Source: a virus
Length of the DNA: 64,000 bases
Reading direction: 5' to 3' (one strand)
IMG/VR virus record: IMGVR_UViG_3300046744_000381
Span: 32,001-96,000 of that record
The translations under genes and the position numbers were made by a program. Position 1 is the stretch's first letter. Each line of letters begins with the position of its first letter. Positions 28,172 through 37,418 of the stretch are shown here, piece after piece. Below the pieces are notes generated by a model. The model was not told where the DNA came from. It made no database searches and saw nothing but the letters and a program-made list of their open reading frames with translations.

Positions 28172-29204
28172 TTTTCATAAACCTTTTGTACTTTGGCAAT
28201 TCTAATTCGCCTTCATATAACACAGTTGTCATTGGTAACTTATCACTAAACTCTTTTAAATCCTTGCTGCAATTGACGTGTTCTTCAATCTCAAAATAAT
28301 CGTTTCCTTGTACAACAATTAATTTGCCATCTGGTATTCTATTGTACCATTCTGTAAAATTATGTATATGTTCGGAACTTGTATTGATTATAGTATCCGG
28401 CGTGTCCCATAATAATTCTTCTTCACCGTTTGATTTATAAACACGATAAACGTGATCGTCATTGAAGTTTATATCGTGTATATCTTGAACACTTGCTTTA
28501 AATTTCCAATCATCCACTACCCATTTTTTATTAAATATTTCTGCAATAGTAGGACAACTATTATCAACATCAAAACTTCTAATTTTTATAACATCTAAAT
28601 TGTTTTCAAACATCATTGTTGCAAGTGTTCCATACCAGCCTGCACACAAAAAAACTGTTCCTAAACTCATACTTGTTTTTTTAAGTTCGTCTATTAACCA
28701 TAACTTACTTTCAAGTTGTCCTCTACTAAAGCAATCTTCGTCAAACTTAATTTCTTTTTCCAGCAATGTTTTAAAAGCATATACAAACTGACTATTAGTA
28801 TAGTGTTCTAATAATCTCCATAAATCATAATAGTTGTCATTTAACACTAATCCTTTTAAATCTTTGCTTTTTAAAATCCTAAATATACTGTGTATATTTT
28901 TGTCAAGTACAGCTTTACGTAAATCTTCAGTGCCAGGTAATAATCTAAATAAGCTATGCAAGTTTTCTTCAAGTACCGCTTTACGTAAATCTTCAGTTTC
29001 TCCAATTATGCGTTTATTATCAATTACACGAAATATACTATGCCAATTTTCTTCCATTACAGCTTTGCGCAAATCTTCATTACAATCCGATAATTTAAAT
29101 ATGCTTGTTAAATCTTGATCAATATATGCTCTGCGGAGATCTGAAAGACGCTCATCGTGTTTGTACAATAGCTCAAATCTGTCTAGTAACTTATAAATTT
29201 CCAT
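28158..29204 (-). CDS. Class I SAM-dependent methyltransferase-like protein with N-terminal helical repeats
   Basis: FLCAGWYG (motif I-like), RSFDVD, IINTSSEH; N-terminal EDLRKAVxxxNxHSxFR repeats. Confidence 0.6.
   Translation of the reverse strand: MEIYKLLDRFELLYKHDERLSDLRRAYIDQDLTSIFKLSDCNEDLRKAVMEENWHSIFRVIDNKRIIGETEDLRKAVLEENLHSLFRLLPGTEDLRKAVLDKNIHSIFRILKSKDLKGLVLNDNYYDLWRLLEHYTNSQFVYAFKTLLEKEIKFDEDCFSRGQLESKLWLIDELKKTSMSLGTVFLCAGWYGTLATMMFENNLDVIKIRSFDVDNSCPTIAEIFNKKWVVDDWKFKASVQDIHDINFNDDHVYRVYKSNGEEELLWDTPDTIINTSSEHIHNFTEWYNRIPDGKLIVVQGNDYFEIEEHVNCSKDLKEFSDKLPMTTVLYEGELELPKYKRFMKIGFK
28815..29145 (-). repeat. Coding tandem repeat: 3 strong and 2 degenerate units of about 22-28 aa
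   Basis: Units begin on + at about 28881, 28947 and 29031 and share GCTTTRCGYAAATCTTCA. Confidence 0.8.
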
Positions 29205-30831
29205 TAAACTTTTCTCTTAACCAGTCAAAGTCGTTTATCATTTTCAGTAATTCAATATTTCCTTTGTTAGCACTTCCGTACATTGTACCTTCTTTTGCAC
29301 CTTTTATTGCAAAATCTCCAAATGGTTTATCACGCCCAATTGATGACCAAATTTTAAGACGTCTATCAGTTTCAACATCTTTTTGTCTATCAATTACTTT
29401 ACTACTTAGCTTACAACATTCTCTAAAGGCACTTTTCCAAGTTTCGAATTCTCCTGTATTAAACGCAGTAATATTAGATACTTGTTGTATTGCTCTAAAT
29501 TTAGAACTAATGCTTGTTGTCATATCTGGCTTACTAGTATCCATATCAATTGTTGCTTGCCTTGGGAATAATTTTACTCCGCCGTATCCATACACTAGCC
29601 CGTTAATGGGATTTCTACTACGCCAAACGTGAACGTGATCCCATTGCCAAACAGGAACTTGATAATTAAAATCAAAATCTTCAATTATATTAGCATCACC
29701 GTCTACGATATAAAACATTGATGTTGTACACTGCTTTGCAGCTTCTATGTGTGCTTGGTGTATGCCTTTGACACCGTGTACACGCTTTGCATTAGGAACC
29801 TTTTCTTTGAGAAGACTATAATTTTCATCAGCATTTGGTTCTTGATAACTTATGAATACAACGTCATACGGCTTAGGATTACTAATTACTTTATTATGTT
29901 CTTTTTTATTTGCTATGAACATAAATTGCCATTCTCTTTGACTAATTTTACAATGTTTACTACATAATACAACACCGTCGTGATATTCACCATTAAGATA
30001 TACGTGATTAATTTTCCTATCATATTCATTATCAAATGTAAAATATTCATCAAAAGTATAATCATCAACTAATTCAATATGGGCAGGAACTACATAAAAC
30101 AGTTCTGTTTCTGATTTTTCTAATGCTTGTAAATAATCTTCATAACTGTCAACAAAATAAATTTCATATTTTGCAGGACCTGAACCTGTTTGGCTCCATT
30201 CTTTACGTGCTACAGGAAATCTGTAATCAACTTCTTTTTTTGTTAAAGGCCGATTTTTACTACATAAAAATAAACCATTATATAATTTTTTGTCGTTTAC
30301 TTGATGCACAAATGCGTGATTCTGTTGTCGTAAATCTGACTTATGATGTGTTATGTAAAAGTCTTTAACTAGATTAGTGGCTTGTATATTTTTACTACTC
30401 ATCCAAAACATTTGTGTTTTAGACTTTTCTAATGCAACACTATATTCTTCATAACTATCTATTTCAAAATAATCAAATGACTTTGGTGTACTTGCAGTAA
30501 TTTCAACAAATTTTTTATTAATAAAAAATCTATAATCAATTTCTTTTTGTGAAATTTTTGATGTTTTTGGTACAAGACTTATGCCATCGTAATCATCGCC
30601 GTTTAAAAACATATGCACATATTTTTGACTCCATTCGTCAGGTTCATAATCAAAATGAAAGTCATCATTTATAACCAAGTCAGGATACACTATCCAAAAG
30701 AAGTTAGTAATACAACTTGCCTGTGCTTGTTCTATTGTTTCAGCACATTTAAGGGTCGGTATCTTAGATTTTAGAGCTTTTAACTCAGCTTGATACAAAT
30801 TTTTGTTTGCAATTAGATAAACATCGTACAT
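29191..30831 (-). CDS. GT-A-fold glycosyltransferase-like protein with three degenerate N-terminal domain repeats
   Basis: The C-terminal domain DVVFISYQEPNA...RVHGVKG...IVDGD...GYGGVKL matches 34292..35215. It is preceded by 3 copies of a FxxV...DF.FD...H.F.NG...G..L unit lacking DxD. Confidence 0.6.
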   Translation of the reverse strand: MYDVYLIANKNLYQAELKALKSKIPTLKCAETIEQAQASCITNFFWIVYPDLVINDDFHFDYEPDEWSQKYVHMFLNGDDYDGISLVPKTSKISQKEIDYRFFINKKFVEITASTPKSFDYFEIDSYEEYSVALEKSKTQMFWMSSKNIQATNLVKDFYITHHKSDLRQQNHAFVHQVNDKKLYNGLFLCSKNRPLTKKEVDYRFPVARKEWSQTGSGPAKYEIYFVDSYEDYLQALEKSETELFYVVPAHIELVDDYTFDEYFTFDNEYDRKINHVYLNGEYHDGVVLCSKHCKISQREWQFMFIANKKEHNKVISNPKPYDVVFISYQEPNADENYSLLKEKVPNAKRVHGVKGIHQAHIEAAKQCTTSMFYIVDGDANIIEDFDFNYQVPVWQWDHVHVWRSRNPINGLVYGYGGVKLFPRQATIDMDTSKPDMTTSISSKFRAIQQVSNITAFNTGEFETWKSAFRECCKLSSKVIDRQKDVETDRRLKIWSSIGRDKPFGDFAIKGAKEGTMYGSANKGNIELLKMINDFDWLREKFNGNL

Positions 30832-30837
30832 ACATTA

Positions 30838-30866
30838 ATTATACTAAGAAAAACTAATCTTGTCAA
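30838..30866 (-). promoter_or_regulatory. Consensus sigma70 promoter TTGACA-17-TATAAT
   Basis: TGTCAA 30861-30866 and ATTATA 30838-30843 on +. The predicted +1 coincides with ATG 30831. Confidence 0.8.
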
Positions 30867-30872
30867 CATTAG

Positions 30873-30880
30873 AATAAATA
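30873..30880 (+). promoter_or_regulatory. T4-late-like promoter AATAAATA
   Basis: Followed by AGGAG SD (30887-30891) and ATG 30898. Confidence 0.6.
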
Positions 30881-30897
30881 CATTGTAGGAGAAAAGT

Positions 30898-32346
30898 ATG
30901 ACTGATTTTATACCCGGAGATTCGTATCGAATTGATATTGTAGGTGCTGATAGCACATTAATTATTGATAGCTGGCTAAGCCAAATTAAAGCAAATGTTG
31001 TTAACAGAGATGGCGTTATTCAAGTTGATACAACATTTGGTAAGCTATACGGTCCTATGGTAGGAAATGTTGAGAATGAAGAAGGTGATGTACTAGTAAA
31101 TGCTAGTAGTCGTACAGTTCATATGGATGTTGTCGGTAATTTAAAAGATTCTAACAATAACGTTGTAGTAGATGTACAACGGAGTTTGTTAAAAGGAAAT
31201 TTTGAAGGTAATTTAGTTAACACTAACGGCGATATGATTTACGATGCGTCAACAAATACGTTGGTTGTAGATAGAATAGTAGGAGATTTATATGGAACTC
31301 ATCACGGAGAAGTTGAGTTAGTAGGATCTATTAGCGGAACAGTTAATGGCAATCTAATCGGATCAAGTAATGGTACACACTCGGGCGAAGTAATGGGTAA
31401 TGTAACAGGTGATCTACGTGGTGATGTAGTTGACGGCGAAGGCAACATTATGCTTAATGGCTCCAACGGTACTTTAAATGGAAATTTAAAAGGTGGTATA
31501 TTAACTCCAGACACAGATGAACACGTATTAACGTGGAATTCTACACTAAGACATCACGTTATTAGAGCAGGATTAGAACATCCTGATTCGCACAAATCTG
31601 TTTTAAAATTAGGCAATACTGACAGAGAAACTATGTATACAGGAAACATAAATTGGTATGATGATTCTCCTGTACTTACATTGCTAGATTATGATGGTAC
31701 AGATAAACCAAGTATACTTGCAGAATTTAATGGTTGTGTAATGGGCCAAGTAATTGATGAAAATAGAGCACCAGTGCTGACTGTAAATGAAGGACAAGTT
31801 AGACTCGAAGGCGGTTCGACAGGTGAAATCAATATTGGTTACAACAGCACAGAAACAATACAAGTATATGCTGACAATATAAGTTATAAACTTCAATCAA
31901 ACCCGGTTAACACTTCTAATTTAGGACAAGTAAATTATTTTGCTTTCAACGGTGACCACGAAAATATGCTTCCACTTAATCCTGGAGATCATTTGATGGT
32001 AAACACTTGTCACGCCTGGGACGGATTGTCATATAAAATCGGAGGCGGCTTTGGTTTTTATGCAAACACAGACGTAACACCAGATCCAGACTTAGAAATA
32101 TATCCAACAGATTTTGCAATTACGTTAAGCGATGGAAAAAATTTGCCTAGTGCATTTTGGGATAATCCAACAGGATTAAATTTTGACGGTAAGGGTGTTT
32201 TAGCAGTGCCAATTATGAAGTCAAAAGGTTTTACAGAAGCAGAAAAAACTGATATTGATTATGCAGATGAAGGTATGATTATATTTAATAAATCAACCAA
32301 AAAGTTTCAAGGATACAATGGAACTAGTTGGGTTGATTTAGGATAG
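30898..32346 (+). CDS. Virion fibre/structural-like protein with Gly-periodic repeats
   Basis: GxxxGxxxG runs (GSISGTVNGNLIG...GEVMGNVTGDLRG) and a C-terminal EGMIIFNKSTKKFQGYNGTSWVDL fibre-type motif; late-like promoter. Confidence 0.6.
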   Translation: MTDFIPGDSYRIDIVGADSTLIIDSWLSQIKANVVNRDGVIQVDTTFGKLYGPMVGNVENEEGDVLVNASSRTVHMDVVGNLKDSNNNVVVDVQRSLLKGNFEGNLVNTNGDMIYDASTNTLVVDRIVGDLYGTHHGEVELVGSISGTVNGNLIGSSNGTHSGEVMGNVTGDLRGDVVDGEGNIMLNGSNGTLNGNLKGGILTPDTDEHVLTWNSTLRHHVIRAGLEHPDSHKSVLKLGNTDRETMYTGNINWYDDSPVLTLLDYDGTDKPSILAEFNGCVMGQVIDENRAPVLTVNEGQVRLEGGSTGEINIGYNSTETIQVYADNISYKLQSNPVNTSNLGQVNYFAFNGDHENMLPLNPGDHLMVNTCHAWDGLSYKIGGGFGFYANTDVTPDPDLEIYPTDFAITLSDGKNLPSAFWDNPTGLNFDGKGVLAVPIMKSKGFTEAEKTDIDYADEGMIIFNKSTKKFQGYNGTSWVDLG

Positions 32347-32926
32347 GAATAACTGCTTCGGCTTCTGGCCACCTAGTCGAAGATAAAGTTTCGTAAAATT
32401 TATCAACATTAATTTTCCAAAAAGTTTGAAATGTTCCTTTGTATTCAAGCTCTACAGGATTTTGAAGAACACCTGCTTTGTGAAAATACTTTGCCCAAAA
32501 ATTATGCACTTTATTTTGACTACCGACATCACCGGTGTGTGTGCTAAGATATAAAGGTTTATCTCTACCGATGCCTTCAATACAAGCAGGCAACAAAAAT
32601 TGCGAAGCGTGTGAATAATGTATATCGGTCTTCCCTTTAAGACTCTTTACTCTATCTTTTCCGATTAAATGAGTTAACACACAAGTTCTTGCACCGATAC
32701 GGTATGCATTTTTTCCTAGTATTCCTAACTCTTCTAATTTATGTGCAACTACTGTTCCTACAACTCTATTATTAAAAAGTAATAACCAAAGTTTTGCATC
32801 TTCGTATTTTTTAATATAATCTATAAGCATTTCTTGGCTGCTGTTATTATAGAATTTTTTCTTGTGTGCTTCAATAAAAAAATCAGTTAGGTCTATATCG
32901 TTATTGTATAATTTTACTTCAAACAT
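32324..32926 (-). CDS. GNAT-like hypothetical protein
   Basis: LWLLLFNNRVVGTV...RIGARTCV...LLPACI loosely matches 1263..1922. Start set at MFEVK (32926). Confidence 0.4.
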   Translation of the reverse strand: MFEVKLYNNDIDLTDFFIEAHKKKFYNNSSQEMLIDYIKKYEDAKLWLLLFNNRVVGTVVAHKLEELGILGKNAYRIGARTCVLTHLIGKDRVKSLKGKTDIHYSHASQFLLPACIEGIGRDKPLYLSTHTGDVGSQNKVHNFWAKYFHKAGVLQNPVELEYKGTFQTFWKINVDKFYETLSSTRWPEAEAVIPILNQPN

Positions 32927-34292
32927 AAGTTTCGCATAAATCAAAAAAATCTGCCATTTCAGGAAAAACTTCAATATGATTTACTCCGCGTCGACGATTT
33001 TGTTCTTTAAAAAATTTATGAAAATCCTGTCTTCCTTGTATAATCTTTTCTAATGGATATTCTGTTTTTTCCATATAGTCAACCACACGTCTAAACTTTT
33101 CATACTCAATTGTACTAAACGCATCTTTACGTTCGTCGTCTACATTTTCTTTAATAAATTGCAAATGATCACGCATATAACTAAGATATTCTTTTGGCAA
33201 AATATTCATATCATATTGTAAAGGTTCTTTTAAATGTGGAGTATCAAACCCCAAACGTTGCCATCTATGTGTATCGACATTATTGTATTTTTTGCGCCAT
33301 TCTAATATTTTTTCTAACAGTGTACGGAATGTTGTTACACTAAAAATATTAAATGTAATCATTAAAACCATCGGTGCTTCGCAATTACGCATAAAGTAAT
33401 CTAAGTTGCGTTCAAACACTTCAATGTCTAATCCATCACGAATATATTCTGCACGTTTGCCCCAAGTATCAATACTTGTAAACATTTTAAAACGTCTAAT
33501 CTTATTATTTGTTAACAAGTTGTTTACACGATCTGTAAATTTTGCTAATTGTTTCGGTTTGCCGCCTAAGTTACTGTTACAATTAAGTTCTAATTCTGGC
33601 TTCGGATCTGCATCAAGCATATCAAATAATCTATATGTACTTTGCTGGATAGTCGGTTCGCCACCTGTAATACGTAGTATATGTAAATCTTTACTAAGTT
33701 CGGGCCACCATTTCCAAAATGCATCCAAATATGGATTATTTTCTTCTTCAAATATTTGAAACCAATCAATGTCGCATCTATGATTTTTTACCATATCATA
33801 AGGACCGTGTTGCTTGATCTCTTGATAATATCTGCTACTTGCTTTTGGATGACAATATCCGCAACGGAAGTTGCACTCGTTGCCAAACGAAACTTCTAAG
33901 TATTCTGGATTAACATCAAACTCTGCACCACCTTCTTTAACAGCATTTAATCTATGTTTAAAGAAAATAGTTTGATTGCGTTGTTTTCTGTCACTAACAT
34001 AGTCTTTACCCATTGCTTCAATCTTCCAGCAATAGTTGCATCCACTGGGCTGTTCGCCCTTCATCATAGCAGCACGTTCTGCTTTCTTTTGTGCTGTGTT
34101 GTGTATAGCACTAGGATTTTCCAGTAGCGGTGCTGTATCAATCTTGTGAGGAGCAGGATGATAACAACTGTGTGTTTCACCTGTTTGAAAATATATGTTT
34201 GCGTGATACCATTTAGCAAAACAAAACGTTGGAGATATTTCCTGCGTAATCTTATCGATACGCTTGATTTCTTCGCTTTCGCTACGTTCCAT
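32919..34292 (-). CDS. N-terminal twitch-domain radical SAM protein (class A)
   Basis: FCFAKW...HSCYH...CNYC; CNFRCGYC; TGGEP; NSN; SID. Confidence 0.9.
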   Translation of the reverse strand: MERSESEEIKRIDKITQEISPTFCFAKWYHANIYFQTGETHSCYHPAPHKIDTAPLLENPSAIHNTAQKKAERAAMMKGEQPSGCNYCWKIEAMGKDYVSDRKQRNQTIFFKHRLNAVKEGGAEFDVNPEYLEVSFGNECNFRCGYCHPKASSRYYQEIKQHGPYDMVKNHRCDIDWFQIFEEENNPYLDAFWKWWPELSKDLHILRITGGEPTIQQSTYRLFDMLDADPKPELELNCNSNLGGKPKQLAKFTDRVNNLLTNNKIRRFKMFTSIDTWGKRAEYIRDGLDIEVFERNLDYFMRNCEAPMVLMITFNIFSVTTFRTLLEKILEWRKKYNNVDTHRWQRLGFDTPHLKEPLQYDMNILPKEYLSYMRDHLQFIKENVDDERKDAFSTIEYEKFRRVVDYMEKTEYPLEKIIQGRQDFHKFFKEQNRRRGVNHIEVFPEMADFFDLCETYV

Positions 34293-35215
34293 TACTGTTC
34301 TCTATCTAAGAATTGTTTGCTGTTGTCACGTGCAGGGTTTTGATATACTGTTTTAAAAAACTTGCTTTGATTTCCATCAAATGGTTCGGCAGCAATAGGC
34401 AAATCTAGTTCATCTATTAACGAATATCCAAGGTCAACTGTGTCCTGTTCCATTTGATCTTCATCTAACTCTTTGTTGTCCCAATAATTGTTTAGCCATT
34501 TAAAATCACGTACATTTACAAAGTCCCAATCTGTACACATAGTTTTATATAAACCTTCTCTTGCTCCGTAAATAGCCCAACGTCCATTTTCTACATCTGC
34601 ACCAATCATTTGCCAGATGTATAAACGATGCAAGTTTTTCCAATGATTATTTTTAAATTCGTCAACTGTTACACGTAGTCCTTGATCTAGTGCCATCTTA
34701 ACGCCTTCACGGAACCCAGCACGCCACGCTTGATGAGGTGTAGCATTATTATGTACATCGCTAAAAGTTCCGTTCATCTGTACATATTGTGTATTCCAAC
34801 AAAAATCAACTTGAGCGTGTTGATTATCTGCAGGTGCATTTTCGTGTGTACGCATATCAAGAACATATTGCTTTGGCCAACATTTTATTCCTCCATTACC
34901 GTAGCTCAAGCCATTTATAACATTTTTTGCAGTCCAACTTATAACTTTATCTGTTAAATCTAAATTTTCATCAAAGTCTATTGCTTGTGAAAGGAAATCA
35001 TCTCTAATACAATTATCGCCATCAATAGTAATAAATCGATCAGTTTCACTTAATTCAGCACAAGCCTTATGAGCTGCATCAGATCCTTCGACACCGTGTA
35101 CACGTTTTGCCCACGGAACTTTTTTGCACAGATCTGCATAATTTTTTTCTGCATTTGGTTCATCGTAACTAAGATAAACAATATCATAATCAATTACACG
35201 GAATGTATTAGCCAT
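34292..35215 (-). CDS. GT-A-fold glycosyltransferase-like protein
   Basis: DIVYLSYDEPNA, RVHGVEGSDAAH, TIDGD (DxD), YGNGGIK, AWRAGFRE. Confidence 0.6.
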   Translation of the reverse strand: MANTFRVIDYDIVYLSYDEPNAEKNYADLCKKVPWAKRVHGVEGSDAAHKACAELSETDRFITIDGDNCIRDDFLSQAIDFDENLDLTDKVISWTAKNVINGLSYGNGGIKCWPKQYVLDMRTHENAPADNQHAQVDFCWNTQYVQMNGTFSDVHNNATPHQAWRAGFREGVKMALDQGLRVTVDEFKNNHWKNLHRLYIWQMIGADVENGRWAIYGAREGLYKTMCTDWDFVNVRDFKWLNNYWDNKELDEDQMEQDTVDLGYSLIDELDLPIAAEPFDGNQSKFFKTVYQNPARDNSKQFLDREQ

Positions 35216-35768
35216 TTATAACCTCGTGGTAGTATGTAGAAAACTTTCTTATAGTATAAAGGCTTACGTTAATATTGTCAATTTCAAACTTACTGGTAAA
35301 AGGTATTTTTTTTGTTTTAGAGAAATCTAATGTTTTATACAAAACGTTAGGATCGAATAACTTTGTTACACTGTATACCTGATTGCTAGGATTAATAGAG
35401 ATTTTTTGAGATTGCACATAATTTTCAAAGTCTTTGTTCAGTTCTAATTCCCAGCACTTACTTTTGTTATTTTGTTTTATTTTAACTTCGTAAGTGTCTT
35501 TGATTTCTTTTGGTATTTCGTAAACAAAATTTTGTGTATTAAAACTTTCGTTATACTGCTGTTTGCTTTTTAATACATATCTTTTTTCAATAAAGTCATA
35601 TTCAACTTTATAATCACGAAGTGATTCTTTGCCTTCTGCAAAATGACGAACTTGCTCAAAATCTACTAATAAGTTTTCAAAGTTTTCATCAGGGTTGCGT
35701 GTAACTTTATCAATTACACCGTTTTCATCAAAACAAACGTATCTATCAGTGCTAATTGTAATTCTCAT
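35208..35768 (-). CDS. Hypothetical protein
   Basis: 186-aa ORF overlapping both neighbours in the operon. Confidence 0.6.
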   Translation of the reverse strand: MRITISTDRYVCFDENGVIDKVTRNPDENFENLLVDFEQVRHFAEGKESLRDYKVEYDFIEKRYVLKSKQQYNESFNTQNFVYEIPKEIKDTYEVKIKQNNKSKCWELELNKDFENYVQSQKISINPSNQVYSVTKLFDPNVLYKTLDFSKTKKIPFTSKFEIDNINVSLYTIRKFSTYYHEVING

Positions 35769-36610
35769 TGTATTCCTAAATACTTTTCATATATGTTAAT
35801 TATACGGTCAACTACAAAGTCATCTTCTGTATAATGAAAAACTCCAGCTTGTGTATAATTGCCTATTTTAAGTTGCAAGTCTTCACCTAAATATGTGCCT
35901 ACACGATTTTGCCATTTATCAACTACACTGTTTTGCCAATTTTGTATTCTTGGCTTCATATGTACAAAGCTAGGATATTTAGCACGTGGGTTTGTTACTT
36001 GACTTTCTATGCCCATAATCTTTACAGCAATAGCACTTGATAAATCTATACTGCATTTACGTTGATACATTTTACCGCCGGTGTGTTGTCTATAAAATTG
36101 TTGCCAATTATTTGTTATCATTTCTAGCCAGGTGTAAAACTCGTGTGCAGTATCTGATTTTTTATAATAATGTAATCCACTGTATAGATTTGGTAGTTTG
36201 TTTTTTGCAAATGTGTGTCTATAGTAATCATTTGTTACAAGTTCGTTTCTATAAGTGTAAACATTACTTGTAAAAAACAAATCATAGTTTTTTAAAAAGT
36301 TAAACCAACTGCTAATATCTTGCAAAACAAGCATATCAGTATCCATAACTAATGATTCGTCATATGGAGTTGCGTGATATGTTTTCCATCTATTTTCTAT
36401 TTTCCAATCACTATCTTTAGCGTGATCTCCCCAAGGTATTTCTACAATATCATCGAAAATTTGTTTGTATTTGTCTTGCACTGTATCGTTGGTTATTAAA
36501 CATATTTTTGCATTTTCGTTAGTAGCACGAATACTCATAGCATTTAAATATGCTTGTTGTACATAATCAACATCTGTGTTCTGTGCAAGCATTGTAAAGT
36601 TATTGCTCAT
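35765..36610 (-). CDS. GT-A (GT8-like) glycosyltransferase
   Basis: TPYDESLVMDTDML (DxD), YSGLHY, FVHMK. Confidence 0.65.
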   Translation of the reverse strand: MSNNFTMLAQNTDVDYVQQAYLNAMSIRATNENAKICLITNDTVQDKYKQIFDDIVEIPWGDHAKDSDWKIENRWKTYHATPYDESLVMDTDMLVLQDISSWFNFLKNYDLFFTSNVYTYRNELVTNDYYRHTFAKNKLPNLYSGLHYYKKSDTAHEFYTWLEMITNNWQQFYRQHTGGKMYQRKCSIDLSSAIAVKIMGIESQVTNPRAKYPSFVHMKPRIQNWQNSVVDKWQNRVGTYLGEDLQLKIGNYTQAGVFHYTEDDFVVDRIINIYEKYLGIQ

Positions 36611-37418
36611 TGATAACTCTCGCTAAACTAAACTTATTCATAACGTGTAAATTACTGCCTTTAAATTTTACAAAAGTGTATTCCCCAAGTCTGTCTCGTT
36701 TTTCTACTAGTAAATCAAATGCATCGTCTTTTATTGATAGAAGTATGTCTCTATCAATTGCATAAAACTTTTTGCCAGGTATTGTACCAACAAAATTGTT
36801 TTCTGTGTATCCAGATAGTATATGCACTGCTATACTAAATGCAAAATCATTTCTGTACACAGTATTTTTAAATTGATACACACCTCTATAGTGTATATAA
36901 TTTTCTTTTATATGTTTAACTAAATTAAAAAAAACTTCACTTGTGTTGTTTTTTCTAAAATATATTACAGTAGCCCAATAAAAATCTATGCCGCCGTCAC
37001 TAATAGATTTAAATTCAGGTGTGCCATTGTGTATTCCTAAATGTGTTGCATCTTTGTATAACAAAAGATCTTTTTGCTGTGTAAAACAATTTAACAATTT
37101 ATCATTTGCTATTATATAATCAGTGTCCATTACAATAGTTTCTTCATAAGGAGATAAGTCGAAACTATGCTCTCTGCCGTAATTGTTAAAATTAAGAACA
37201 CGTTTGTTTAATGAACCATCTCGGTATGCTTTTCTGCTTGTTAATCCATCTTCTACTTTTATAATCTGATCAAAACACTTGTTGTCAACGTCAACATTGG
37301 TTACTAAACTCACAGGTAATTGTAGATATTTTTGTATGCGGTTCGCACAAAAAATAGCTTGGTTTACGTAATTTATACTTTCATTGTTAAATGCAAATAA
37401 TAGTACACCTTGACTCAT
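36600..37418 (-). CDS. GT-A (GT8-like) glycosyltransferase
   Basis: SPYEETIVMDTDY (DxD), RNDFAFSIA, LHVMNK; paralogue of 35765..36610. Confidence 0.65.
   Translation of the reverse strand: MSQGVLLFAFNNESINYVNQAIFCANRIQKYLQLPVSLVTNVDVDNKCFDQIIKVEDGLTSRKAYRDGSLNKRVLNFNNYGREHSFDLSPYEETIVMDTDYIIANDKLLNCFTQQKDLLLYKDATHLGIHNGTPEFKSISDGGIDFYWATVIYFRKNNTSEVFFNLVKHIKENYIHYRGVYQFKNTVYRNDFAFSIAVHILSGYTENNFVGTIPGKKFYAIDRDILLSIKDDAFDLLVEKRDRLGEYTFVKFKGSNLHVMNKFSLARVINEQ

Noticed and set aside
28815-29145. Possible CRISPR-like repeat-spacer array
   Set aside because: The repeats are in-frame, degenerate at synonymous positions and inside a coding gene.
28600-30368. Plus-strand ORFs 28600, 28834, 29105, 29749 and 30123, and similar 60-130 aa ORFs elsewhere
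   Set aside because: They overlap well-supported genes on the other strand or frame. The repeat in 28834..29118 only mirrors the methyltransferase repeat.
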